From: an uncultured bacterium
GTDB taxonomy: Bacteria; Armatimonadota; Hebobacteria; CAIYQO01
Assembly (NCBI GenBank): GCA_964590255.1
Contig: CAZPYA010000013.1
Coordinates: 1,549-65,548, forward strand
Reading direction: 5' to 3'
Length of the DNA stretch: 64,000 nt
Each line of letters opens with the position of its first letter. The first letter of the stretch is position 1. The notes beneath the pieces are model-generated. The model worked only from the letters and a program-made list of their open reading frames with translations. It searched no databases and was not told the origin of the DNA. Made by a program: the position numbers and the translations under genes. Positions 63,083 through 64,000 of this stretch are shown here, piece after piece.

Positions 63083-64000
63083 ATGCCTGAATTACGAAAA
63101 GACCCCATTACCCAGGAGTGGGTGATTATTGCGACCGAGCGGGCACGCCGCCCGTCGGACTTTACCCAATTATCGGCGCAGGAGCCAGATAAACCGGATT
63201 ATTCGCCCACCTGCCCATTCTGTCCGGGCAAGGAAGGCCTCACCCCGCCGGAGGTGCTGGCATTTCGCCACGGTACCGATAACAACATCGCTGACTGGTG
63301 GGTGCGCTGTGTGCCGAATAAATTCCCCGCGCTGGCCATTGAAGGCGGGCTGGATAAGCGCGGCCTCGGCATGTATGACATGATGCATGGCGTGGGCGCG
63401 CATGAGGTGATCGTGGAAACACCCCACCATAATGAAGACCCGTCGACCATGAGCGTTTTCCAGATGGCCGAAGTGATCTGGGCCTTTCGCGAGCGCTACC
63501 TCGACCTGCGGAAAGACTCACGCTTCAAATATATCCTTATCTTCCGCAACCACGGCAAAGTGGCCGGCGCATCGCTGGAGCACCCGCATTCGCAACTTAT
63601 CGCCACCCCGATGATCCCCATCGACGTGGTGAACGAAATTCACGGCGCCGAGCGATACTACCATTATCACGAACGCTGCATCTGGTGCGATATGGTGCAT
63701 CATGAGCAGGAGCAGTCGGTGCGCGTGGTCAGCGAGACGGAGCATTTTCTGGCGTTTGAACCATTCGCCTCAAAATTTCCCTTTGAAACGTGGCTGATGC
63801 CGAAAAGCCATCAGGCTTGTTTCGCGTCGATGACTCGTGAGCGAGTGGAGGAGTTCGCCGGACTCGCGCGCGATATCTTCGGCCGCATCGCTCGCTGTCT
63901 CAACAATCCACCGTATAACTTCGCCATCCATACCGCGCCCTTCGACCGAGAGGACTCGGAGGTGTTTCACTGGCATATGGTGATCATGCCGCGGTTGACC
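63083..64000 (+). CDS. galT: galactose-1-phosphate uridylyltransferase-like (GalT/HIT superfamily) enzyme, 3' end beyond window
   Basis: My own translation from ATG 63083 reads MPELRKDPITQEWVIIATERARRP..CPFCPGKE..NKFPAL..ASLEHPHSQLIATP (HxHxQ) ..FAIHTAP. The frame is open to the window edge. Confidence 0.8.
   Translation, partial: MPELRKDPITQEWVIIATERARRPSDFTQLSAQEPDKPDYSPTCPFCPGKEGLTPPEVLAFRHGTDNNIADWWVRCVPNKFPALAIEGGLDKRGLGMYDMMHGVGAHEVIVETPHHNEDPSTMSVFQMAEVIWAFRERYLDLRKDSRFKYILIFRNHGKVAGASLEHPHSQLIATPMIPIDVVNEIHGAERYYHYHERCIWCDMVHHEQEQSVRVVSETEHFLAFEPFASKFPFETWLMPKSHQACFASMTRERVEEFAGLARDIFGRIARCLNNPPYNFAIHTAPFDREDSEVFHWHMVIMPRLT

Overview
This is a high-GC, gene-dense bacterial chromosomal segment with about 50 protein genes and one tRNA. 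I see no rRNA, CRISPR array, transposase, integrase or phage genes. All calls rest on reading the supplied translations and the DNA by eye, because no database search was possible.

Recognisable housekeeping and metabolic genes:
- Translation, cofactor and nucleotide functions: pheT, dxs, tgt, mtnA, a TrmH-family methyltransferase, a SMUG1-type uracil-DNA glycosylase and NUDIX hydrolases.
- Central metabolism: glutamate dehydrogenase, a GapN-like aldehyde dehydrogenase, a PfkB kinase and a 2-hydroxyacid dehydrogenase.
- Membrane, transport and proteolysis: copZ-copA, fetAB, a fatty-acid desaturase, an MFS exporter, a U32 peptidase and two Zn-metallopeptidases.
- Envelope and glycan genes: an LpxL-like acyltransferase, two heparinase II/III-like proteins, GT4 and GT28-like glycosyltransferases, a GH57 enzyme and a GalT-like enzyme.
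- Large secreted proteins: a 2068-aa thioester-less alpha-2-macroglobulin and two copper-amine-oxidase-stalk/Ig-like proteins.

The lineage cannot be fixed from the sequence. It looks like a diderm, possibly of Armatimonadota or Chloroflexota type.

Observations most worth follow-up:
1. Several families of short structured intergenic repeats:
   - an ~87-nt element with terminal inverted repeats, present in three copies;
   - a ~135-nt repeat present twice in opposite orientation;
   - REP-like double hairpins whose stems differ while the flanks are conserved;
   - an 89-nt inverted-repeat element lying in an AT-rich spacer.
2. An ADP-ribosylglycohydrolase gene interrupted by an in-frame TAA, with a coding-like 55-codon continuation. 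It is tightly linked to an ADP-ribose-pyrophosphatase-like NUDIX gene.
3. An uncharacterised cluster at 54.3-58.3 kb. It holds a lipoprotein with 20-aa repeats, a Cys-rich/Gln-Pro-Tyr-rich protein and a GT28-like transferase. Convergent to these is a radical-SAM/SPASM enzyme coupled to a lower-GC two-TM protein. This is the best candidate here for an undescribed system, but I cannot assign it a function.
4. A secreted protein with about 14% methionine.
5. A four-GAF protein with a degenerate histidine-kinase-like C-terminus.
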